From Chiloscyllium plagiosum (Eukaryota), in NCBI RefSeq assembly GCF_004010195.1, contig NC_057718.1:42310584-42357353 (forward strand): 46,770 nucleotides of DNA, given 5' to 3'. A program made the position numbers and the translations under genes. Position 1 is the first letter of the stretch. Every line of letters starts with the position of its first letter. The notes under the pieces are model-generated. The model saw nothing but the letters and a program-made list of their open reading frames with translations, did no database searches and was not told the DNA's origin. Below, one piece after another: positions 36,791-46,770 of this stretch.

Positions 36791-37821
36791 GACCTGCATT
36801 TTTGCCAAGTTGCAAGTTGCTGAAGATCGCCAGTTTATGGAGTTTTCAAACTAAATTCAACATCCACTGTTTCAGCTTTGGTGGGAGGGGGTAGAAAAAT
36901 GGCAGGATATATTTCACACATCTGCAGTTCATAGAAGCAGTAGTATGTCGAAAAGTACAATTGCCTTGACTCAGAAGCAATTTTCATCATTCAGGTTTTT
37001 AAACACAATGCTTGGGCTTTTTGCATTTGAAAAAAAATTTAAACTTTGCTGAATTGTTTGGAGAGATCCAGGTACCCCTTTAGGATTATTAACAGTAGAC
37101 ATCAATAAGTATACAAGATGGATAAGGCTAATAGAAATTGTTATTATGTACTTTAAATTATTTGTCTTTTAAATTTTCTAAATAAGGCTTTGGTGACCTT
37201 CAGTTCAAAAGCAAGTCAGTGCCTGCAATTTCAATAGATTTTTCCTGATATACGGTTAAGTGTTATCATTGTTTTTTGAGTGTAAGTTTTATACCACCTT
37301 CATGATTAATCATGAGGGCTTTTGGGTGTGTGAAAGGAGCAAAGGTTGCCATTGAGAATATGAAGAGCCATTGGATGTTGATGAGGATATCAGGTGAAAG
37401 AGTTGGCATGTATGGGACATGGGGAGTGTGTAGGGTATGAGGTATGAATTCCAAAAGGCCTTACCATTTTTATTATAACTGGTCCAAAGTCCTAGAATAC
37501 GAGGAGGGTTTTTTTAAACAGCCTGTTCGGTGCTTGATACCTCTGTTTCCATGGGAGTGGGCACGACTCCAGTTAATACTGAACCCCAAAACCCCAGAAA
37601 ATTCAAACCATTCAAGGGAATTTCTTCTGAGTCAAGTTTGCAGAAACAGATATTTTCTCAGCTCTATGCAAATAACTTAAAAAGGAAAACCCTTAGTGCT
37701 GGAAAGTCAGATTTCCTCAACCTTGTCTGGGATGATAATAGGGAAGATTGCACAGGGGAATGGAGAAAAGCGTATGGATGTGTGAAAATAGAAGAAAACA
37801 GGATTACTCAGGACAACAATC

Positions 37822-38175
37822 AGGTAGAACAAAACAGATAGAGTGAAAGAGGTTTACAGCACAGAGAAAGATCCTTCCATCTAGTGAGTCCACACTGGTA
37901 AAAAAAAACAAACTATTCTCATCCCATTTTCTAGCATTTAGTCTTTTGCAAGTGTACATCTAAATATTTCTTAAGAGTTATGAGGGTTTCTGCATCTACC
38001 ACCTTTACAGGTGGTGAGTTCAGGATTCCCACTATCCTCTGAGTGAAAAACGCTTTCCCCATATCCCCTCCAAGTCTCCTGCCCCTTGCCTGAAATTTAT
38101 GCCCAAGTCATTGATCCCTTCACCAAGGGGGAAAGTTCCTTCCTGTCTACTCTATCTATGCCCCTCAGAATTTTA
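37822..38175 (-). mobile_element. CR1 3' fragment
   Basis: Reverse tail plus ACTCTATCTATGCCCCTCAGAATTTTAAA (reverse of FKILRGIDRV). Confidence 0.75.
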
Positions 38176-38219
38176 AAAGGGATGAGGTACGAACTAGATA
38201 GGACTGTGGGATGGGAGGC

Positions 38220-38588
38220 AACATTGGAGAAAAGAAGGTTTAGGGGTGACTTGATAGAGGTGTACAAGATGATTAGGGGTTTAGATAGGGTTGACCATGA
38301 GAACTTTTTTCCACGTATGGAGTCAGCTATTACGAGGGGGCATAGCTTTAAATGAAGGGGTGGTAGGTATAGGACAGATGTTAGGGGTAGATTCTTTACT
38401 CAGCGAGTCGTGAGTTCATGGAATGCCCTGCCAGTAGCAGTGGTGGACTCTCCCTCTTTATGGGCATTTAAAAGGGCATTGGATAGGCATATGGAGGATA
38501 GTGGGCTAGTGTAGGTTAGGTGGGCTTGGATTGGTGCAATATCGAGGGCCAAAGGGCCTGTACTGCGCTGTATTTTTCTATGTTCTAT
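38220..38588 (+). mobile_element. CR1 3' fragment
   Basis: LEKRRFRGDLIEVYKMIRGLDRV...TRGHSFK, RVVSSWNALP and a TTCTATGTTCTAT tail. Confidence 0.9.
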
Positions 38589-40221
38589 TTGAGCAAGGAA
38601 GAGAATACATGCATACAACTAATAGTTTGAAAGAAAATACAGGAAGAAAGACAGAGACAGACTGAAAGATATGCAGGAAAGGAAAAAATAAAAATACAGA
38701 GTAATTTGTGGCTGGCTGCCACTATATAAACGTCCCTTAGTCATGTCAACTATGACTAGCTGGTGATTCAGAGGCAGCTGCTACGAAGAAATAGATGGCG
38801 CACTTACCATGGGAAAGAGATGCAGAACAGACTATTAGCTTTGTGAATCTTGGGGGCTTCATGCCAACAGTTAACTAATATAGGCAGTCAATAATTTGAG
38901 AGCAATTTTTTGATAGTTTATTGAATTTGTTAAGAAACAGTTTAGACCTGATACATTATTTAATTAGATAAAGAAAGCATACAATGAGACAATTGGAGAT
39001 GGTTCGTGGATACCAGAAGACAGACAGCCTGTTGGTATGGAATGTGTTGGTCTTGGTAAAGTTATTAAGACAGCATCCTCTTCTCTTGCTCAAGTGTTAG
39101 AGGACTCTTCCCTGGGTTTTTATCCTTTTTCCCTGGTCCATCTTCCATCTGGAGAAGACAGTAGTCTGAGGATCACCTGATGAGGACTGTTATCTAAAAG
39201 AACCACCTGATGAGAACTGTTTGATGATGACTGCTGCAAACAAGGATGGCCTAATGAAGACAGCCTCTGCCCTCTGCTCCTGAGCACTTGTGAATATACC
39301 CTAATTCTAAGGGCAGGTAATTTACTATATGCCAATCTATTATTTGAATTGGCCAATGACAAAAGGACTTATAACATCAGATGATCAATTCCCTCTTACA
39401 CCCTTTCATTGAAGATAATATTTCATTCCTTCCAAGAATAAAACCTGTTTATTTGCAAAATCATTGCACTCATAATAGATATTGTGATGCCAGATAGATC
39501 CTTTACTTAAATGAGCAGAAGGCTAGTTCCTAGAGTAACACAGTTAAATATGGTCTCATGCGACACAGGAAATACTGATTATGGAACACTGAGCGGACAC
39601 AGGTATAAAGGGGATCCCAGTTTCCAACAGCTTGTCTGGAAATTGGTGGGCATCAGAAAGCTGAAGTAGAAAATGGTTCCAGAACATGCTACATACTAAC
39701 AAATGCAGAAAATGAGTGCATATTCCATTTGTGGTACAGAGGAGATCAAAACATTCTCCCACAGAGGCAGTCAATTGCTTTTGTTTACATTAGGTTGGCG
39801 TGGAGTTGTAGGTATAACAGCAGAAAATATATATCAATGGGTGGCAGAAAACAATTTGTGCAAGAGCCAAATGGTGTACCAAGGACAATGATGTGCCATC
39901 AAGAAAACAGGACTCACCCATGATATATTTTGAGGATATAAAATAACTTGAAAACAGATAAAAATATAAATATAAAACTTAAAAGTGAAAATAATAAATG
40001 ACAACATGAAGAATATGGCACTTAACAAACAAAAAGCAACATGGATGACATGGAAACAGGTTCAGAATATAAATTGCTCCACAGAGTCATCCAGTGGCTA
40101 GAGATTGCAACTGTAAACAGCGGAAAAAGTTGTTAAATCCATGTGTGCTATCATTATAAAATAGAGCTATTGTGTAATACAGTGGTATGTGACAGGAAGA
40201 ATAGTGATTCTTTTAATTGAG

Positions 40222-40325
40222 TTATGATGAAGGATCGCTAGACTGAGAACATTAGCTCTATGCTTCTCCCTCTCTACAGATGCTGCGAGACCTGCTGAGA
40301 TTCTCCAGCACTTTCTGTTTTTGTT
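40222..40325 (+). mobile_element. Penelope-terminal short element, decayed hammerhead
   Basis: TGATGAAGGATC..GACTGAGAACATTAGCTC...CAGATGCTGCGAGACCTGCTGAGATTCTCCAGCA. Confidence 0.6.
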
Positions 40326-41044
40326 GCCTTTAATATTAAATAGTTAATATTAAACACCAATTCCACTAGGACGTATTAGCTGGTGTGAGGTTTGGAAGAG
40401 GATCAGTGATTTTGTGTCAAAATGCAGTGGTGGTAGGAATGACACAACAGTAGTACATCTTGATTTTATTCAGATTCTATACACCTGGGGTAGGTAGGGT
40501 TAAAATCACCTGTCTACTGTTTCTCTCAGTCTCTGACATACAAACATATTTACATATGTAGCCAATCTCCCTGTTTAGAAATATAGTCAAATAAATGTTA
40601 CCTGAATAAGGTATTTCTCCCCAGGATTTCCATTAAATAATTTTTATAAAAAGGACATCCAACCACATAGTTCGAAGGAATTGAATAAAAAAATAAGAAA
40701 TCGGGCTGGTAAATGCTACTGCTTTAGAAAGTGCATACACTGTAAATGCTCAAACTGCTGCAACTTCTACTTGTTGCTGATGTCCAAGCTCAGGATTTTG
40801 AGAAATGATGATACCTTGAAGTGAAAACAATAATGAGGATGACCGAAGAAGCAAAAGACAACCAATTTCGCTTTAAACCTTTATTTCAAGTAATAGAAAT
40901 TTCAGTTACGGGGAGAAAAAAGATATTTTTTGTTATAAATTGCTTCATCAGTTCAGTTCTTCCTTTCTTCTTATGGCCAATTCAGCTAACTAGTCATTCA
41001 GAATTGGTTGTTTTAGAAATCCTTGTCTTTAAAAAAAAGAAATT

Positions 41045-41272
41045 TTGCGGGGGAGTTAATCCCAGTTCCTTGGTCAACAGTTATTCTCAAACAGCATCAC
41101 AAAAACAGATGATCTAATCATGACATTATTTGTGGGAGATTGCTGTGTGTAAATTTGTTCTCACGTTCCTTTGTTATGTCAGTGACTGCATTTCAAAATA
41201 CCTTATTGGCTGTAAGGTGCTTTGGGGGATCCTGAGGTTTGGAATGGAACTATAATTCAAGACTTTCTTTCC
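41045..41272 (+). mobile_element. DeuSINE (AmnSINE1/SacSINE1-like) core and tail
   Basis: AACAGATGATCT...TTTGTGGGAGATTGCTGTGTGTAAATT...CAGTGACTGCATTTCAAAA..ATTGGCTGTAAGGTGCTTTGGG..CCTGAGG resembles the Deu domain and L2-type tail as I recall them. Confidence 0.75.
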
Positions 41273-41944
41273 TTTCATTGGCAGATAATTTTAATAATAT
41301 ATTCTCTGGCATCAATAATCCCATGATGGTTGCTGACTGTACATGCTCACTGCCAATTATTTCCAACTGTGCATATGTACATACGTGTGCAATATTAAAC
41401 TGACTTTTAAAACTAAAAATTCTACTTTGTTTAACACTTCAAACATTTTGTTATATCATATAATCTCTTTCATTTCAACTCCAGGAATTTGTTAGGCATT
41501 TTTCACTGTTTTTAACATTATATTTATGAGAAGTATCACTGTTAATATGCACACTCCTGGGTTTCAATAAGTGCAATCTTTATTTTTAGAGTTTCTTCTA
41601 TTTTGATTTGTATTTTCCTACTCCTTCAGACAAATTTAAAAGTCTGGTACTGGCTTCTAATGGCTTCAGGTGTTGTTCATTTGGAAGGAGGTCCATGGAC
41701 ATGCCTTTTATACAACTCAATTGTATGTTTTCCATTACTTTACTCGTAGTACATCAGAGATTTCATTGTTTTGTAACAATTGATGTGTTTTGATATGTGC
41801 AATAGGTTATCAGTGTCACTGATTGACAATGGCTGTATAAGTTAATTTTTGTGTTTATGGCATTTTGGGATTTTAAAGTATGTGTTTGATATTTAATTCC
41901 ACACTTCTGTTTCTTTTTGTATGAGGACTACAAATTTTTCATGA

Positions 41945-42325
41945 AACTAGGGCACAGAAATAGGCCATTCAATCCAATGGACATCTGTCAATGTTGCTGC
42001 AGTACAGTAACCACTTCTCCACCTAAAGCCAACAACTTTCTATTCCTTTCTCCCTTATATATTTACCTAGTCTCCTTTTAGCACAATTCATGAAATTTAT
42101 TTCACTACTCCTTAGGGTAGTGAATTCATCATATTAACTCCTCTCTGAATAAAGATATTTCATCTGAAATGCCTAGATTGGATTAATGACTCTTTTATAT
42201 GATTCCTACTTTTGGTTTCTCCACAAGTGGAAACATTTTCTCAATATCTACTCTATGAAGTCATAGAGTCATAGAGATGTACAGCATGGAAACAGATCCT
42301 TAGGTCCAGTTCATCCATGCCAGGT
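41945..42325 (-). mobile_element. Old CR1 3' end plus a short young CR1 tail (42260-42325)
   Basis: CACAGAAATAGGCCATTC and GTCATAGAGTCATAGAGATGTACAGCATGGAAACAG. Confidence 0.65.
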
Positions 42326-42453
42326 CTTTTTGGAAGCCTATTGGATGCTTCCATCATATCTTTCTTTGTAAAAAGAATCATGAGTTGATCATTTTTTCCA
42401 ATAGGCATGATCAAAGTCATTATCTTCAGGGTCCATTATAAACTCTATATCCT

Positions 42454-43427
42454 AGTTGGAAGATGCTCAGGTGTGCGATGGAATCCCGTCCGCGCTCACC
42501 CCAGCCCGGATGGAATTTCACATTGGCCCCAAGGTCCCGTACTTCCCCCCCGGGAACCTGTGCCCCAAAACCTGAGCTGCCTCTGGAATTTTAGTTTTGT
42601 CCCTTTTAAGGATGTTAAAAGGCGGGCCCTCTATCGACTGCTGCTACACACCATCCACCTCTTCTCCCTCATCTACCGCCCGGACACGCCTTGGCGTGCA
42701 TTTGCCACCGGGCGGTGGAGATCCCCATTGGAGGGCTCTCTATGCGGGAGTCCTCCCCCTTTCTCTCGGGGATCTGGGGTGGAGGGTGCTGCACGCAGTG
42801 ATCCTCTGCAAACGCAGATTGCAGTGGTTCACGGACTCCCAGCCCAACTGTTTGTTCTGTGGGGCTGTGGAGTCCATGGACCATGTATATATTGGGTGTG
42901 GGCGTTTGCACTCCCTTTTTGATTTTCTTAAAAACCTCCTCCTCTGCTTTTGGTTGCACTTCAGTCCCATGCTCCTGATCTTTGGGCACCCGGTATGGAG
43001 GGGGGAGGGCAAGTCTGAAGACCTCCGCGTAGATCTGCTCCTGGGCCTGGCCAAACTGGTCATAAATAGGTCCAGGCAGCGGGCCGTGGAGGGGGTCCTT
43101 AGAGCCAACTGCCTGCCCATCTTCCGCAGTTACTTTAGAGCCCGGGTGTCTCTGGAAAAGGAGCACACGGTGTCCACCAACACTCTGGAATTGTTCAGGG
43201 AGAGGTGGGCATCGCAGGGAGTGGAGTGCATTATTTTCCCCTCCAACTCTATTTTGATTTGATCCCTGCCCTCCCCCTTCACTGTTTGATCATGCAGCAT
43301 TACCCTTTTATGTGAAGGGCACTGCTCGTCATGGGCCACTTGGGTGTTTCCTTTCTTCCTGGTGGTGGAAATTTGAATAAAGATTCGTGCACCTTGTGTC
43401 TTTCACTGTGTCTCACACCTGCAAAAA
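42454..43427 (+). mobile_element. 5'-truncated L1/Tx1-clade LINE (zf-RVT C-terminus, 3' UTR, poly-A, TSD)
   Basis: ORF 42597-43262 DLGWRVLHA...CLFCGAVESMDHVYIGC (CCHC). AATAAA at 43376, A-tail at 43423-43430, TSD AAACTCTATATCCT at 42440-42453 and 43428-43441. Confidence 0.92.
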
Positions 43428-43719
43428 AAACTCTATATCCTTTCCATTAATTCCATCACCCTTCCTGGCCAAAATCCTCACTTGAACATATCTGCCATGG
43501 ATTGGATTAGCAAAATGCTCTAGTTAACCTTGAGCTGAGCTTCTGATTTTACATCATCTCCGTAAGTAATATCTGCTTGCAATATCATTTGCTTCAACCA
43601 CATGTAATCAGTGTCTATCAGGAAATTGTGTATCTCTTGCCTGTGAAGTTCCATATATTCAGTTAAGGTCATATAAAGTAATTTTTGAACTTTTTTTTAA
43701 GAGAGATATATAAAATTAG

Positions 43720-43825
43720 GAGCAAAACGGAACTTCCCGGAGAAACTCAGCAGGTTTGGCAACAACTGTGCAGAGAAAGCAGAGTTTCCAGATAATGTTT
43801 TGAGTCCAGTGATCCTTCTCAATAC
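43720..43825 (-). mobile_element. Penelope-terminal short element, decayed
   Basis: GGAGAAACTCAGCAGGTTTGGCA...TAATGTTTTGAGTCCAGTGATCCTTC is co-linear with 6720-6803. Confidence 0.55.
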
Positions 43826-43905
43826 GTAATTCAGTATAAAAATAGCAGTCAGCTGAAGATGGGGAAGGGCTTCCTGGATTCCCTGAAAGTTCAAAGACGT
43901 TATTG

Positions 43906-45167
43906 ATAGAACATAGAACATAGAACAATACAGCACAGAACAGGCCCTTCGGCCCACGATGTTGTGCCGAACATTTGTCCTAGCTTAAGCACCCATCCAT
44001 GTACCTATCCAATTGCCGCTTAAAGGTCACCAAAGATTCTGACTCTACCACTCCCACAGGCAGCGCATTCCATGCCCCCACCACTCTCAGGGTAAAGAAC
44101 CCACCCCTGACATCTCCCCTACACCTTCCACCCTTCACNNNNNNNNNNNNNNNNNNNNNNNNNNNNNNNNNNNNNNNNNNNNNNNNNNNNNNNNNNNNNN
44201 NNNNNNNNNNNNNNNNNNNNNNNNNNNNNNNNNNNNNNNNNNNNNNNNNNNNNNNNNNNNNNNNNNNNNNNNNNNNNNNNNNNNNNNNNNNNNNNNNNNN
44301 NNNNNNNNNNNNNNNNNNNNNNNNNNNNNNNNNNNNNNNNNNNNNNNNNNNNNNNNNNNNNNNNNNNNNNNNNNNNNNNNNNNNNNNNNNNNNNNNNNNN
44401 NNNNNNNNNNNNNNNNNNNNNNNNNNNNNNNNNNNNNNNNNNNNNNNNNNNNNNNNNNNNNNNNNNNNNNNNNNNNNNNNNNNNNNNNNNNNNNNNNNNN
44501 NNNNNNNNNNNNNNNNNNNNNNNNNNNNNNNNNNNNNNNNNNNNNNNNNNNNNNNNNNNNNNNNNNNNNNNNNNNNNNNNNNNNNNNNNNNNNNNNNNNN
44601 NNNNNNNNNNNNNNNNNNNNNNNNNNNNNNNNNNNNNNNNNNNNNNNNNNNNNNNNNNNNNNNNNNNNNNNNNNNNNNNNNNNNNNNNNNNNNNNNNNNN
44701 NNNNNNNNNNNNNNNNNNNNNNNNNNNNNNNNNNNTTTGACCGGTTAGCCAGTTTTCTATCCAGTTGGGCAAATTTCCCTCTATCCCATGCCTCCTGACT
44801 TTCTGCATAAGCCTACCATGGGGAACCTTCTCAAATGCCTTACTAAAATCCATGTATACTACATCCACTGCTCTACCCTCATCCGCATGCTTGGTCACCT
44901 CCTCAAAGAATTCAATCAGACTTGTAAGGCAAGACCTACCCTTCACAAATCCGTGCTGGCTGTCCCTACTCATAAATCCTATCCCTCAGTACCCTTTCCA
45001 TTACTTTACCTACCATCGAAGTAAGACTAACTGGACTGTAATTCCCGGGGTTATCCCTATTCCCTTTTTTGAACAGGGGCACAACATTCGCCACTCTCCA
45101 GTCCCCTGGTACCACCCCCGTTGACAGTGAAGATGAAAAGATCATTGCCAACGGTACTGCAATTTCC
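43906..45167 (-). mobile_element. Young CR1 LINE spanning an assembly gap
   Basis: (ATAGAAC)n reverse tail. WRVANVVPLFKKGNRDNPGNYSPVSLTS and QHGFVKGRSCLTSLIEFFEEVT..VDVVYMDFSKAFEKVPHGRL. Confidence 0.92.
44139..44735. other. Assembly gap (597 N)
   Basis: Run of N. Confidence 1.
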
Positions 45168-45475
45168 GATATGTTTGCTATAGAGGCTGACAGGGAACAA
45201 CAGATAGGAGGTTAATACCTGATGACTTAAAATAGATCTTGTGTCCCACTCCTCTAACTTATTCCTGCACAAGAATATTAAATCTAACAATCTCCGATAC
45301 TGCCATATTCAAGCAACTTCTAACTGCTGATTAGTATTAGTAACCTTTCCTTCCTTTGATCTGTTTTCCCAGTCATGTTGGACAGCAGAATGTTTTGAAA
45401 GATTTACTCTCCTCACTCCCCTGACTTAAAAAAACAATAGACTCCATTCCCAATGCTTTTTGATAACAGAACCAC

Positions 45476-46300
45476 TTAGAGTGATAGAAATGTACAGTAT
45501 GGAAACACACCCTTCAGTCCAAGTAGTCCATGATGACCAGATATCCCAACCCAATCTAGTCTCACCTGCCAGCACCTGACCCATATCCCTCCAAACCCTT
45601 TCTCTTCATATACCCATCCAGATGCCTCTTAAATGTTGCAATTGTACCAGCCTCCACCACTTCCTCTAGCAGCTCATTCCATACATTCACCACCCTTTGC
45701 GTGAAAAGGTTGCCTCTTAGGTCCCTTTTATATCTTTCCCCTCTCACCCTAAGCCTATACCCTTCTAGTTCTGGACTCCCCAACCCCAGAGAAAAGACCT
45801 TGTCTATTTATCCTATCCATGCCCCTCATTATTTTATAAACCTTGATGAGGTCACCCCTCAGCCTTCACTCCAGGGAAAACAGCCCAGCGCATTCAGCCT
45901 CTCCCTATAGCTCAAATTCTCCTGGCAACATCCTTGTGAATTCTTTCTGAACCCTTTCAAGTCTCACAACATCCTTCTGATAGGAGCAAGACCAGAATTG
46001 CACGTGATATTCCAAACGTGGCCTAACCAATGTCATGTACAGCCGCAACATGACCTCCCAATTCCTGTACTCAATTCTCTGACCAATACAGGAAACATCT
46101 ACCACTTTCTCTGGCAGCTCATTCTGTATATGCACCACCTTCTGTGTGGAAAAGGTTGTTCCTCTGGTCCCTTTTACATTTTCCCCCTCTCACCTTAAAT
46201 CTATGCCATCTATTTTTGACACCCCCCCCCCACCCCAGGGAAAAACACCTTTTGCTATTCACCTTATCTGTGCTCCTCATGATTTTACAAACCTCTATAA
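45476..46300 (-). mobile_element. Two abutting CR1 3' fragments (junction ~46090)
   Basis: ORFs 45562-45783, 45905-46138 (LVRPRLEYHVQFWS) and 46119-46364. Confidence 0.88.
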
Positions 46301-46420
46301 CATTGACAGGATTTTCTACAGATGTATCTGAGGCTGATGATGGAACAGTTCCTAGGTAGATCAAGCTATTCTGAATTGGGTTTCGTTAGGGAGTGAAATA
46401 ACTATAAAAATAGTGAACCA

Positions 46421-46770
46421 TGTCATAGAGTCATGGAGATGTACAGCATGGAAACAGACCCTTCGGTCCAACCCATCCATGCCGACCAGATATCCAAACC
46501 CAATCTAGTCCCACCTGCCAGCACCCAACCCATATCTCTCCTAACCCTTCCTATCCATATACCCATTCAAATGCCTCTTAAATGTTGCAATTGTACCAGC
46601 CTCCACCACATCCTCTGGCAGCTCATTCCATACACGTACCACCATCTGCGTGAAAAAGTTGCCCCTTAGGTCTCTTTTATATCTTTCCCCTCTCACCCTA
46701 AACCTATGCCCTCTAGTTCTGAACTCCCCGAGCCCAGGGAAAAGACTTTGTCTATTTATCCTATCCATGC
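46421..46770 (-). mobile_element. Young CR1 3' end running off the window
   Basis: ORF 46541-46768, nearly the reverse complement of 19610-19960. Confidence 0.92.

Noticed and set aside
6770..43825. Apparent selective loss of hammerhead cores on the SPATA17 sense strand
   Set aside because: About 0 of 6 versus 1 of 6 intact copies is uninformative, and CpG decay of CGAAACG explains the losses on both strands
43999..44973. 249-aa and 284-aa ORFs
   Set aside because: Their length is an artefact of the 597-N gap, and the flanks are CR1 sequence

Overview
Vertebrate intronic DNA, most likely from a cartilaginous fish (shark), inferred from the HE1/V-SINE, CR1 and Deu-SINE repertoire. The only host coding sequence I can support is one 149-bp minus-strand exon of SPATA17 (15715-15863), so the window is probably mostly SPATA17 introns. 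The rest is a layered transposon record. It includes many decayed CR1 LINE fragments, a second CR1/L2-clade LINE family, V-SINEs and Deu-SINEs, and a 5'-truncated L1/Tx1 LINE with a perfect 14-bp TSD. It also holds an inverted Penelope (GIY-YIG) insertion and about ten short Penelope-terminal elements carrying minimal hammerhead-ribozyme motifs, one with a complete core. A fossil ~9.9-kb two-gene PIF/Harbinger transposon (DDE transposase plus convergent spliced Myb/SANT gene) hosts nested SINE, LINE and LTR insertions. There are two assembly gaps. Most ORFs in the supplied track are spurious or TE fragments. All family assignments come from motif recognition by eye, not from database searches.
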